Shown: positions 13,261 through 29,249, numbered from the whole stretch's first letter. The stretch is DNA of 62,650 nt, filler included, from Diploschistes diacapsis (GCA_023645945.1; 6 parts of 6 records of this genome joined end to end with filler, not necessarily neighbours in it), one strand, 5' to 3'. The notes: generated from the sequence alone by a model not told the origin. Made by a program: numbers and translations.

Positions 13261-15330
13261 TTAATGAGCAGCAACAGCACCATAATCCTCGCCGTCGTGA
13301 TGTAGGGTGACGCTGTTAAACTCCTCAAAGGGGTCTGGCAACTCGGCGCCAGGTGTCTTCAAACCACTATCGAGCGGAACCCCTGTGACTTTCGACGCGC
13401 TAATATCTACACTAGCGCTCTCCTTCATGTTACGGAAATTGACCGTATCGACTGCGCGCCCTTGATGTGGGATCATCGGCGGCTTTGAATGACGAAGTAG
13501 AGCCCATTGCGTTTGCCGGAAGAAGGGATGCGTCTTGATATCAGAAGCGCCCGCGCGAGAACCGAGACGCTTGAGTTCATCCTTGATGAGAAGTTTTCGT
13601 ATCAAAGATTTGCATAAACTAGGCAGAAACGTCAGTGAAGTTCCGACGTTGGAGACCCAGAGCTTACTTGGAAATCTGTGGAGACCCCACGGCTTCAGGA
13701 AACGGCACGTCATCGCGGAGGATGTTTGCGAACGTGGCATTCCTGTTCTTGCCCTTGAAGGGCGTCGTTCCATAAAGCATCTCAAAGACAAGGATGCCCA
13801 GGGTCCACCAATCCACCGCACTCGTGTGACCGCAACCCTTGATGACTTCTGGTGCGATATACTCCTCGGTCCCTACAAAGGAGTTGGTTCGAAAGTTCGC
13901 TATACATGACTTGGTGTCGATGGTGGGCAGAGAACTCGGCGTGGCGCCATTCCGGCCAACGATCATCGTGGGCGCTCCTCCTGGATCCGACTGCTTCGAT
14001 AGGTCAAAGTCGGAAAGCATTATATGGCCGGATTGATGTAGTAAGATATCTGGGATGATCAGTAATCCGGACTGAAGCACAATGTTTTGGACATACTTTC
14101 TGGTTTTAGATCACGATAGATGAAACCCATCAGATGGAGGTACTCCAGAGCAGCCGTCACCTCAGCGGCGTAGAAACGAGCGTCTTCCTCCGGTATGCAT
14201 TTACCGGGCCGGGTTTGTAGAGCTGAATGTGTTAGACGGAGCTCCTTTCAAGTGTAGAAGTCACGACGAATTACCTCGGAAAAACTCCCCTCCGCTGCAA
14301 TACTCCATACATAGGTACAGATGGTCGTCAGACTGGAAAGAATGATACAGGGTCACAATAAAGGGGTGATTGCTGGTCGCGAGAATCTCTTGCTCGGCCA
14401 GTGCTCGCTTTATCTTGTTTCTCTTGATCATCTCCTTCTTACTGAGGACTGAGGACAGTTAGCAGTGGTAATTATAAGCTGTTGCCAGGATTCACCCTTC
14501 ATAGCATAGAGTCTACTCGACTTCTTTTCACGTACTAAATAAACCTTCCCAACGTCACCCTTACCAATGAGCTTGATCTTGTCGAAACTCCCGGGGCCAA
14601 CTTCGACATTCCTGACTTTGATCGAATTCGAACTATAAGTCCGTCTGAAGGCAGCATTTTGTCTAATCTGGCCAGGCGAGGGGAGTCCTGCTGAGTCGGA
14701 CATTGGGACCAGTTGCGGACTTTCTGTAGTCACCATAGCGAAAGAATCGGTTCCGTCCACGACCAGTGGTTCTTTCCCCATATCTGCCGTTTTGGGCCTT
14801 TCATCTGACTTTCCTGCTGCGAACAGTCCTTGTGCATTGGGTGCTGATGCCACTCTCCTCAACTTTCTTGCTAATTCTTCTTTTCCGGCAGTAGTGGCCT
14901 GGTCGTTGGCTCCACCAACCCCATTGCCTTTTCTCGGGCCTGGAGTGCTCGGTGGGGAAGGGGGCACACTATTATCGTTGTGGTGTCTCAGAGCCGGCGG
15001 CCCCTGATGGGCGAAGTATGGGTTCGCATGTGCTGTCGGCGATACGCCATTCTCTAACGGGTTGCCCTCGCTTGCGACGGTGACGGATCTATTGCGCCCA
15101 ATACCACTGAGAAAACGAGATTGTCTTATCCTGCCGGCCGCACTGTCGGACTTTGAAGAAAGAGACGTTCCGTCACCACCAAGGGAACTGTTACTGCCTA
15201 AGCTATTGATGTGGAAGAAGCTCTTGACCTTGGAGGGGAAAGAACCGCTTTTACTAGAAGGCATTGACCCATCAGATACAACACGCTTCTCCGAGTGCCC
15301 GGAGGCGTTTCGTGAAAAGAACTGGGTCAT
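13261..15330 (-). CDS. nrc-2: AGC-family Ser/Thr kinase of the nrc-2/Kin82/Fpk1 flippase-kinase type
   Basis: Exons 15330-14496, 14448-14275, 14222-14097, 14049-13668, 13618-13261. Motifs [23 protein letters not shown] (DFD instead of DFG), [23 protein letters not shown]. Confidence 0.92.
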
Positions 15331-16232
15331 TGTATGACGGTGTTAAGTGTGTATACCCAAAGATTCTTTCAGCTCCGTAGGAAGGCAGGGTAGTCCGAGT
15401 AAACAAAGCTGGAGGGTCGTGGAAGAGAGTTCTGTTTATCGGGAGAAGCCCATGAGCTCAAATTGAGGAAGCCATCTTCTAAAAAAGATGCGACAACACG
15501 AGGGCTCGAAATAGCCCAAATCCGAGATTTGCTATCGTATGCAGGTCTTTCAAATTCGTGAGATATCGTTCTTCTTCGTGAGGATATTAAGGAGCGTCGG
15601 TACAGATAGAGAGCGAGGAACTGAGCTGCTCTCTCTATGAAATCTGAAGCCCAGGAAAAGGTAATGAGTCTATTGTCGGTTAAGGATTAAAGGAACATTC
15701 GGACACTCACTCACCTACAAAGTTTTTGTATCGTATTAGGGGACGTAGGTGTTCTTGCTTGATAATAATCGAGCTTGTTCCCCCGAACCCCCTGGACAAA
15801 AACTTGGTCTAGAGCCATGGACGGTGAGAGGAGGGGGCTCGCCCGCAACGGGCTAACCCACTAAAGTAACATCGCCCTTCTCCCCCGGCTTTCAAAGTCC
15901 TATAAATACCCAACATAACCCGTGAGTAAGTTCGACAGCCTATTCTGTAACTATTCTACCTGTACCTGGTGCTCTATCATGCTATACCCACATAGTATCT
16001 ACCTCCACAGTCTTGTCTTGTTCGATATCCCTATGGGCAGTTGTTGAAGAGTGCGAGTATTGAGAAGAATCATTTCTTGTGTAGTGATTGATGCCACCAG
16101 CGTCTACCGTACTGAACAAGCCTCTATCATATCAAATGCTATCGCTATCCTTTGAATATGTACAAGACAAGAGGGGCCCACTTCAGCCAGATACACTTGC
16201 GCCATTGCTCGGCGCTAACCCTTCAAAATATG

Positions 16233-17529
16233 CTATACATTCCCGGCATAATACACTTTGCGCAAGTCGACGAGCTTTATGCCCCTTCCCCTCGCAATCT
16301 GCTCAGGATCACGCTGATTCGTCAGAGCCTGGAAGGCTGCTTTGATGGTATTCATCGGGTTTCGGGCACGAGTGACTCTGGCAGCCATGTCCGAGATGCC
16401 CGCGCATTTGCACATTTCGTATATCTTTGCCTGGCATCTGATGCCGAAGCCTGGGGCCTTGTCAGCTGCTTTGGCTCCGCCTCCAAACGAGAGGGGGATA
16501 TATACCTGGCGGCCTGGTGAAGAGCTCAAGTTCAGTAGCACCGACCTTACCCTTCACGTCTCCGTAGATGGTCCGATCTTCGTAACGGCGTATGGGCGTC
16601 AGATTCCTAATGGCATTCATGATCGCCTGTCGCCTTCCTTGCTCGGGATCCTTTGTCTTGCCTTCACCTAAGCCCAGCAAACCTCGGCCATTGCCACAGA
16701 CGACCAGGAAATACTGGCTGTGAACCTTTCCCATGCGCGTTTGGTTCACGACGCGCTTGCTGAGCAATACCTTGTATCGTAGGTTCTTCATCAACTTTTG
16801 GTCAAGCCCGGTGATCCTTTCCAGGCGTTGATAATAAGGTGCCATTTCGTCGTCCTGCTTGCTCGCTCTCGAGGCTCTTGCTTGCGAGCGTACCAGTGGG
16901 TCGGTCATCTTATGCAGTGCTGGTGCTTCATAGCTCGGAGGGTTCAATTCCGCCTCGGCCTTGCCAACAGTCAGCCGATTGTTGTCTTCGAACTTCCTCC
17001 ACTCTACTGGGTCCCGGCCCTCTTTTGTCTTGTTCACAGTCATCATCCAATCAGTGAGGTCCGCCGTAAGCTCTTCTTCGGTCTTGAACCGCAGCTTTGG
17101 ATCGTAGTTCTCCTCAGGAGCTCTGGGTTGCTTGTCGATTACGGGTCGTATCTTCGAAAAGTCGTCGATGTAGTCGATGGTCATGTGTCCTCGCTTCAGG
17201 ATACCCTGGTCGAGGATATCTTGAGGATTGATGGCAGCCTCTCCAGCGCGAATGGCTTCAACCTGCTCGGGTGTATATTTCGCCTTGAGCTGCTGGTATT
17301 CTTCCTCGGTGAATGCGGGAAGCGCCTCTTCGACATTGATGAGTTTTCTCTCTCCTTTGATCTCTCTGGCCCGTGCAGGGCCTACCGCGGAGGGTGATGA
17401 CTTCTTCTTGCTAGGGTCAGCGTCATCTTGCCTTCGTCGGGCGGAGCTGTGTAAGAAACTTCGTTGGCCACAAAAGCAACTGGTTCGCGAAGTTGCGAGG
17501 GCCCGTGACAGTGGTCTTGCGACATTCAT
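16233..17529 (-). CDS. MRPS5: Mitochondrial small-subunit ribosomal protein uS5m
   Basis: Exons 17529-16506 and 16450-16233; Arg/Ser-rich presequence; uS5 motifs RVVNQTRMGK, VVCGNGRGLLGLGEGK, RYEDRTIYG, AGISD. Confidence 0.92.
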
Positions 17530-18174
17530 TTGCAGAGGAAAGAGGAAGTGAAGGTCGGAAGCGTCGCCCAAGACTCGGTAAGAAGTCAAATAAACACCCT
17601 TGAACGAAATTTGAAGCTGGTGAGGTACAATGTTCGTTAGAACTTAGTAGTTATCGCGAAGGACCATCGTTTTTCCGGAGACGCTCCGTGGCTGCTTGGC
17701 ATAAAATTATGTACAAAAGCACAATTTTATTATTATTTCAGTAGAGTATCTATCTTTGTACACCCACTGCACCCAATGCTCGCTTGTCAGCTTAGAAATG
17801 AGAAATGGAGCAACAAAGCTCGGAGACCCTGTCGTGCCTCCACGTGGGCATCATGAAGCAATATTGTGTTTGGTTTCCATGTCAGCGAGGCAGGTGAGAG
17901 AGTCGCCCACTTGGGGGGTTTATTGTCCCTACAACCCCCCGGGCACACCGGCCACATCCGCTATACACGCTATACCCGCTACCCCGGATTCACTCACTCT
18001 CTGGTTTTTGAAGAGGAAAGTCCATAGTGGAATTCGTGAGTAGTTGGGCCTGGACATCTGCATAAATAGGCCTGAACAAAAGCTTACGCTTGCAGAAAGG
18101 AAATGCTAGTAGCTCTGAGTAAATACCTAACCTTACTTTTGGCAGTCGAGTTCCATCCATCCGAGTCCTGGCAT

Positions 18175-18208
18175 TATCCGGTGCGGTATCCGGTGCGTAT
18201 CCGGTGCG
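18175..18208. repeat. Three tandem copies of TATCCGGTGCG in the divergent MRPS5/She4 intergenic region
   Basis: Exact 11-mers at 18175, 18187 and 18198. Confidence 0.85.
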
Positions 18209-18374
18209 TGGGCACTTGGGGCACCAGCGCATGCCCCATTAAACTACCCGCAAGGGGCCCCCCCCCAAACTTGCACTGTCAGACTCTCAGGCTACCCACC
18301 ACCACCTACTTTATCTTACGTCTCCCTCCCTTCCAGTCCGCTTTGCAACTCGACTAAACCACTCGAAAATTTAG

Positions 18375-21019
18375 ATGGCCCAGGTAGATAAAGAGATTCG
18401 CGCGACTCTTCTGGCAGAAAAAGCTCTGAAATCTGTAAACTTGGGAAAAGCAGAGGTTGTCTTCCTCAATGAAATTACTCCAAATCAGTCATGTCCTCAA
18501 AACTAACAATGTTATCCCAGGACGCCTCGCGGGCTCTAAGAGAAGCCTTCTCCATAGCGCCAGACAATGCAAAGGTCAAAGACGTTCTGGTAAATATCCA
18601 GGAGCTCGAAGCCTCCCAGCCTCTACTGGTTCTATGTCAAAACTTTGCCAAGAAGAAAGACGACGCCGCCGGCAAAGAGGCTCAGTGGTATCTGAGCAGC
18701 GTCCCCACTGACCTGTCCCTAGATGTAGCCTCACAGTGCTTCGAGATAGTGCTCAAGGCCGAAGGCTCGGATGCACATGTTCGAGATGACCTGATAGCTA
18801 GTCTGTTGCACTATTCACCGGCCGTACGGCGCCATCTTGCCACGCAACTTCAAGGCTCAACGCAGAGCAGCGTATTTGCTGAAATCTTTGAGATTGGGGA
18901 CGGCGCCGCAAATGGTATCACCGTTGTGACCTTGGACTCCAAAGTATGGCCCTCCGAAACCATCCGTCTCAATTCCCTCAGGGACGTGTTCCAGCTTTTC
19001 CTAGCAAAGTTCTTGCAATCGGGCCATGACAACGACGGACGTGCCTTGAAAGGTATCGCGCGGCACCTTGCCGCAGATGGGGCAAATCTTCACACGTTTA
19101 TCGATGACGAGACATTCGAGGCCATACTTTATTGCTTGGACTATCGCTTGCCACGGGACGTCCGGACTCAGGCCACAGTAGCTACTGCAAAATACTTGGA
19201 AGTGGCAAAAGAAACCGCCGAGGAATGCTTGGTCAAATTCATCAAGTCTAGAACAGCAAAGCACTCGTCCGAGGATCTCGTCAAGGCATTCTCGGTTGCT
19301 GCAGCAGTGTTTCCTATCGCCACACAGATCATTGTACCACTATTTCTCACCGAGGGTTTCCTTGCTTCGTTGGTTCCCATGCTAGATAAGAAGTCACGCC
19401 CAATCAAGGTTGAGAAAGCCGCTTTGGATATGCTCAGTGCCGCCTGCATTGACAAGCGCTGCCGAGAAGCGATAGCCAGCTACTGCTTGGAATGGATGCA
19501 TCATGTAATGGACGACGAAGAAGACGAGAGGCATGGTCAAGCTGCTGTTATCCTCGCGAAAGTTCAGAATCTCCCGAACACCCCCCCCCAAACCCCCGGC
19601 ACCGGACACTTTAGTCGCGATGGGACTGGTAGTCCAGGCTCTTCGCCACCGCATACAAGATCAAGAGGCTCGAGCAAAAACATCGCTGACGTTGTTCCTA
19701 CGCTCAAGAATATGCTGATAAAGGGGAGTGAAATGGACAAGCGCACGGCCATTGAGGGTTTGGCGTATGCATCGATGCAGCCCATGGCCAAAGATGAGAT
19801 CACGAGGGACCCGGCTCTCCTGAAGGAGCTTCTTCAGACGCCTGGCAAGGATTCTTTGGCACCCACCACAGCCTTCGGTTCGCTAACCCTGATCGACAAT
19901 CTGACTCGCTACTTACCAAACCTCTCCGAGGAACAGAAGCGCATGTCCGAGCTGAAAGCGTATGCTAATTCGTCTCGCCCATCGGCACTACAACCTCACT
20001 ACTTTGACCAAGACGAACAGGTCACGGCGCGCTGCAAATGGCTTCTGGACTCGAAAGTGATCCCCTACCTTGTCTCTCTTCGCGCATCCTTCGTCACCAG
20101 CTCTCTATCCCCCAACTCCCTCGGCCTCTACGCCCGCATACTCCTCTCGCTGTCCCGCACCGCTTCTTTCCGCGGCACTCTCGCCCAACAAGGCGCCATT
20201 CCTCTCATCCTCAACCTCTATTCCAACCCCATCCTTGAGCCACAAGTCAAACCCACTCTCGCCCATACCTTAGCTCGCATCCTAATCTCCGTCAATCCAG
20301 AACTCTTACCCAAACACAGCACCTCTTCCTCCATCGCTCCCCTCATCACCCTCCTCACCCCGCAAGACCCGGACGACAACTCCCCACGCGACCTCCTCCC
20401 CACCTTCGAAGCCCTGCTGGCACTCACGAACCTCGCCTCCGACCCCTCTCTCCCCACCGCAAAATCCCTAGTCCGCGACGCCCTCCCTCAAATCGAAGAC
20501 CACATGCTCAGCTCCAACACCCTCCTCCAGCGTGCCGCCTCGGAGCTAATCTGCAATCTCGTCGCCTCGCCCGAAGGCCTTGAGAAATTCGCCGATGGCA
20601 GCCCTTCTGCGTCTCGGCGCCTGCACGTCCTCCTCGCGTTGTCGGATGCCGAGGACGTGGCAACGCGACGCGCGGCCGGCGGCGCTCTGGCGGGCGTCAC
20701 GGATTTCGAGAGCGCTGTGAAGGCCGTGCTGGAGCGGGAGCGAGGAGTGGAGCTGTTGTTGAGAATGTGCGGCGACGAGGATCCCGGCGTGGTGCATCGG
20801 GGCGTAACTGCTGTGAGGAACGTTGTTTGCGTCGAGGGCCTAGGCAGCAGTGGAAGTAATGTCGCTGAGAGGGCGAGGCAGAGCGTCAGGGACGCAGGGG
20901 GCGTCGAGGTCCTCAGGGGCGTGCTGCAGGGTAGCAGGAACAAGCCTGTTGTTGAGACCGTGTGCGAGGCGCTGAAGGTGCTGTGTGGGGCTGAGGCGCT
21001 GAAGACGTCGTCGGCCTAA
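18375..21019 (+). CDS. SHE4: UCS-domain myosin chaperone She4/Cro1/Rng3
   Basis: Short exon 18375-18455, intron GTTGTC...ACTAAC...CAG, exon 18521-21019. ARM-like UCS motifs EGLAYAS, ELKAYAN, LARILIS, FEALLALTNLAS, QRAASELICNL. Confidence 0.9.
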
Positions 21020-21745
21020 TGGGCCGAGCTGAGGACGGCGTCTGTTGTTGTTTCCTGGGTTGGTGTTGAAAGCCGGGGTCAGCTTTTACTTCCCGAGATG
21101 GGGAATGTTGGCAGACACTGCCGGGAAGGGCTTTGCCTTGTCTTCTTTTCTTGTGTCTGTAATGCCATGTTTCGGGTCGAATACTCTTAATGGTTGCTTT
21201 GGTCTGTTATGTCATGGACGTTTCGATGGAGCTAGCAAAGGGGGACGGGGAAACGGTGATGGATGGCTGGGCCAGGTGCATCTGGGAGGCTTACGGCAGC
21301 ATGGTTTGTATTTTTCGTCTCGGGCGGCGTTACGAGGGTTCTGAGAAAGGCGGGCAAGCAAGCGCTCTGGCGCCGGGCGTTTCGTTCCTTCTCGAAGTGC
21401 GATTTTTTCGCAACGTCGAGACTTGATAGCGACCGGTCGTCTGGAGCGCAACCGATAAGAGTAGAAAGCTTTGTAATTTGCGATAGATTTTGCAGTTTAT
21501 GGCACGATTGAAATGTAATCAAGTATTCAGGCAAGGAATCTGATTCAATATTATGATATCTCTTGCCTCCTATCGATACAGCAGGCTGGTTCCAGCCCTT
21601 AGCTTAGTAAAGGTACAGCAACAGAATTCCTGCCGTGCACTCTGTAGTGATTGTCCAGAAGCCATGCCAAGCCTCTGAAAAGCCAAGTCGCGCTTACACG
21701 AAGTACTCGAACACGCAAATCTATCTATCTTCAGTCCCAAGCTTC

Positions 21746-24270
<2,525 letters not shown>

Positions 24271-24553
24271 AGCCGGTATGAAAGTCCCGTCTATGTCCAG
24301 TGAATCGAGGCAGTAGCACTTACTCTTTCGAGTTTATCGGGGTAGCAGATCTTAACCCCGAAAACCAGACCCTAAACGCCGAATACGCTAACCCTTTTTT
24401 CTAAGAGGCATGCAAGGGATGTATTGACTTTTGGGCGACATCGTCCAGATGCTGATATGAAAACGCAAAAATGCCATCTAGTATCTTCTGAGAACTTTCT
24501 TACAGTGTTGGTGAGATTACATAGGCCAAATCTCTAAGCGCGAGGCGTATAAG

Positions 24554-27247
24554 ATGCAGTCGGAGACTCAAGACGAGGAATGGATGCCGACCTTCTTCGT
24601 TGGACAGCATGAAACCGCTCGCAGGTTTTCAGTTACAGGCCATATCCTTCAGCAGGCTTTAGATTGCAATGTAAGGTCTTTGCAGGATACATGCAGTCTG
24701 GGCTGAATCGATGGTAGTATGATATGCTTACTACATCAATTACCAATGACCATTTTCATACTCGGATCAATGAACTCATCTCAAATCACCTATCTGGATC
24801 AACTGTGCCCACGGTTGACCCATTGACCAATCTGGATACTGATTTAGGGCCTGACAACATTACCTCGTCTCTTTTGGGTTTTACGAGCTCCTGGATAGAC
24901 ATCTGCTCTCCAGATCCTCTTATTTCAGGTATATCCCGGCAGATCTTGCTCATAGAAGTAGCTTATGCGGCCTTCTGCGGTATTGACTTCCTCTTTATCC
25001 GCGGTCCCAGGCTTCATCATAGGGATCCAGTATCGCAAAAGGATCTCGTCACCCACAATGGAAACGAGTATGCGCTAGCCATTCAAGAATCTCTTGGCAT
25101 AGGCCATAGTCTTCAGATCTCTATTGTCATGCCGATGACGGACGAAAACGATGAAAGCGACAAGTCTGGTGCGGGGTTGAAGGCGCGAGATCAATTCCTA
25201 GAAGATATCGAAGAGGAGATGTCAGAGAAAACCGACGGGCTTGGGACTTGGGATGCTTGGAACGCCATCAGAACAGTGTGTAAATATCATTCTAGGCTTC
25301 ATGTAGGTAAGAAACAATGCAAATCTTTCTCTTTAATCTATCGGCATCTCCTGAATCCTTTGCAAGGGATGGTTTCTCTCAGTGAACGAAATTGAGTCCT
25401 ACTAACCTGTCTAGGTACTACTTCCCTTTCATTCTTAGCTTCTACTCTTTAACGTAGTTAGAAGCTGACTGCGAGCAGCACTGGTCATCCCAAAGCATCT
25501 TCCGGCGTTGCATGTGCAGTCTCGATGGTTTTCGGAGCCTGTCAAAGCTATGCTGTTTACCGAAAAAACTTTCACACCCAACAAACACGGACATCCTGCG
25601 CTCCTGAAACCCGCCCAAGCCTTCATAAAGCGCATCATGCGCCTCAAGGTCCATCCATGGATCATTCTTCAAGATGTGGGATCTATTCCTGGGCTTGACA
25701 ATCCTGATGAGCTCGTGTCCGTTGCCGACGGTTTCTTGGAGACGGAGGCTGCCGCATCTCCAACCCTGGCTGAGGCAGCAGCCATGAAAAGAAAGCCTGA
25801 AAAGCCGAAAGGCCAAGCTCTTACTCATCTAAATTATATTCGTTATCTCCAGCGCAACCAGCCTCTTCAGACAGAAGTTGAGCGCTACGGTTCGGGCTAT
25901 CAGGATTATCTCCAAATCCCACTGCAGCCCCTAGCAGACAACCTTGAAAGTATGACCTACGAAGTCTTCGAGAAAGATGCAGTCAAGTACGATCTCTATG
26001 AACAGGCTATCCGTCGAGCATTAATAGATTGGAAGAAAAACAACATACCCACGTCTGGCCGTAATGGCAAGGTTGTTGTTGCTGTCTGCGGAGCGGGCCG
26101 CGGTCCGCTCGTCACTCGCGCTCTCAAAGCCAGCAAAGAAGCCAACATGCCCATCGAAATGTGGGCTGTAGAAAAGAACCCCAACGCCTTCGTCCTACTA
26201 GAGCGTCACAACCGTCATGACTGGAACCAGCAGGTGACACTTGAACATTCCGACATGCGCTCCTGGCTTGGACCTTGGCATATCAACCCGCACAAGAAGA
26301 AACAACATCACACCATCGACATTCTCATCTCGGAGCTCCTTGGTTCATTCGCAGACAACGAACTCTCCCCAGAATGCCTCGATGGGATGGTACACCTACT
26401 AGCCAAGACCCATGGCATCTCGATCCCACGCTCATACACAGCCTATCTAACCCCCATCGCCGCACCGAAGCTGCACGCCGATATATTAAGCCGCGCCCTC
26501 TACGAGCCCACGGCCCCGGAAACTCCGGCCGTCGTCTGGCTGCACGCCATCGACTACCTCTCCCCCGCTCCCGCTAATGTCAGTCGAGCACCAAGCGCCG
26601 GAACCGCCTCCCTCTCCGGCCCAGGACCAGCTGACCCTACCTTGCCTTCTCCCGCTTTCGCACCCAACGTGCTAAAAGCATGGACATTCGAGCACGCGCC
26701 CGTGCCCCAGTCCCACCGCGACGACCCAGGCCGGAACACGCACAACACTCGCCGCACGCGTCTCCGGTTCAGGACGCGCTATAGAGGCGTTTGCCATGGC
26801 CTAGCGGGGTACTTCGAGAGCGTACTCTACCCGGACATCGAGCTAAGCACGAACCCGAACACGATGGAGGCGAAAAGTCGGGCAATGGTCAGCTGGTTTC
26901 CTATTTTTTTCCCTTTGAAGGTGGGCTATCCCTTTTTTTCTTCAAGTTTCAGGTCAGTCAAGTCTTTGTGTCGCTGATACTCAGGTCAGACACCGCTCTA
27001 CTTTCCCAGCGCATCGGCGCTGGACGTGAGCATGTGGCGACGGACGGATGGGCGGAAGGTGTGGTACGAGTGGATGGTTGAGAACTGGGGGTGGAATTTG
27101 CTGAGGGTCGGGGGGGTGGACAGGGAGAGGCAGGAGCGCGAGGGAAGGGAGAAGGGGAAAGGGGAGGAAAAGGAGAGAGGTCGCAGCATGGTGCGCTTAG
27201 GGATGACAGAATTGCACAGTAGTGTTAAGAATGGGTGCTTGATGTGA
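24554..27247 (+). CDS. PRMT5: Type II protein arginine methyltransferase PRMT5/Hsl7/Skb1
   Basis: Exons 24554-24670, 24718-25306, 25479-26920, 26990-27247; YQDYLQIPLQPLADNLESMTYEVFEKD, GAGRGPLV, VEKNPNA, SELLGSFADNELSPECLD, SWFPIFFP, KVWYEW. Confidence 0.94.
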
Positions 27248-27316
27248 CGTAGGGCAGTCTCGACCCCCTAAGAATAACATCACTCCATTTTGCAAGAAGT
27301 TTGTATTTCCATGTGT

Positions 27317-28939
27317 CTAGGTACTACCTGGACCCCCAAGCAAGGCAAACCTTCTTACTATTGATGGTCCATACTCGTCATAATCGGACTGTGCGAATAG
27401 GTTAGTCCAGTAACTTTTACTGATTTTATGCTACTATACCTTTGTATGACAATAACTCCTAAACTCCGGCGTTTGTCCTAGAAGACTACCTCCAAACCAT
27501 GGACCATGCCGTTGTCGCTTGTGTGTAATTACTTGTACATCTAGTCCTCCACTTTTGGCTCCACCACTTCGAGCCTCGGATGCCCGTATTCGTGCTTCGC
27601 TGAGATGTCGAATGTCCCGTTGTAGCCGTCTTCCGAAATCCTTGTAAAGTGTTGAGCCTCCAGAAAGTACAATGTTCTTATATAAACCTCTTCGTACATC
27701 TATCGGTGAAGATTGGATAACACCATCGACGACAGTAGGCAATGGCGTCAAGAAGTCGGATGAGTAGATTTCAGGGTTGAAAAATATTTCGGGTGCAAGG
27801 AAGCGCTCGTAGCCAACATCTACCGTGACCGATCGCCCATTAGGCGAAGTGACTGTATGCTTTAAGAACCGCTCTGGTTCATTGTCGAAGCGTGCAAATT
27901 CCTTCACCATATCCGGACAGACGTAGCAGTACTCCTCCTTGACCTTCTCCGCGGTCTTTAGCGAACTATCTGGCTCGCCTCGATCTCGTAAAAGCGACTG
28001 AACGAAGTAGGTAATATCTCTTCCTGCTATTGGTATACTCTTCATTGCGGCTCCGATTACATAGCCCTCGGCGACGGGTATCACATGTGTGACACCGTCT
28101 CCAGAGTCAACGACTATTCCTGTTAATGAGCGGTCCGCAACTTTTGACGATGTCCATGAGGCGGCTAGCGCAAGGACTGCTTGTACAGCAATATAGAGAC
28201 CAGCGCAGTTGAAGGATTCAAACATGATCTCGGCTGTGTTCTCGCGATTCTCTGGTGGATTGAGCGGCTGCCAATAAGGGTAAGTGCTAGGCCTTATAGA
28301 GGAGATCGAGCAAGCGTACAGGCTCAGTAAGGAGAAAATAGTGGTCTTCGGGCTCAACGCGGAGATATTTGAAGATTGAGTTTGACCAGAACCGCTCCAT
28401 ATGATCCTAGAGTGGTAAGCAGGACAAAGCCATGATAACTTAACACTTTAAGCGTACCCAATTCTCGACCTGTCCATGCCGGACAGGGTAGTGTATGCCG
28501 TAACCTATAGGTACCCTCAGCCATGCTCTTGTACCTTCCTCAATGCCCCATACCAGGTCCGCTGGCGGCAGCCAACGCCTCATCCCCAATAAAGAAATCC
28601 AAGTCCTCTGCCCCTCTTTTCGCTGAGAGTGAGCCTCCAGAGCCTGCGCCACCTGTGAGGTACGAGGGTTTGTTCGCTACCGCTGGTCTTCCAGAGCCCG
28701 ATCCACCTCCGCCTCCGACGCCTCCCTTGGTCGCAATGGCAGTGGGAAAGACGAACGATGGCGCATCATTGCCAGCGAAGCCTTGCGGTTATTCAGGTAG
28801 ATATACAATCAAATGTCATCCGTGCTTACCCAGCTTTGAAAACCCCGTACCGCTGCCTGTTTGTCAGTTCTGCTGTTAGAATGTGAATTGCGAGCGAGAC
28901 TGACTTGTCCATGACAACAGCTGGGGTTTGATGAGCCAT
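27317..28939 (-). CDS. ARP3: Actin-related protein 3 (Arp2/3 complex)
   Basis: Seven exons (28939-28905, 28852-28830, 28781-28554, 28504-28458, 28406-28320, 28267-27440, 27388-27317) giving [60 protein letters not shown]. Confidence 0.96.
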
Positions 28940-29249
28940 GGGTGAAATGGGAGTTCAAAGGTAGGCTCTAAGGTAGGCTCTAGGTTTGATAGCAGAGCTG
29001 CTCCGGATTGAATGACTCTATGGCCTGCCCGCTCATGTCACAACGGCTTGCGATAACTGTACCTGCTTGTAGCTCTCTAGGCTGCAAAAGAGGGTATGTC
29101 TTATTCTGCCTACTGTAAAATTGTGTAACATATTTAGTGGCGCCCTAGTGTGCATTCTGCCTAGTTCACTGTAGCTCTATTAAGTACTTAAATCTCTATA
29201 TAATTTATATATAAATGTATATCACTTATAAAAATACGTAGAACTATAT

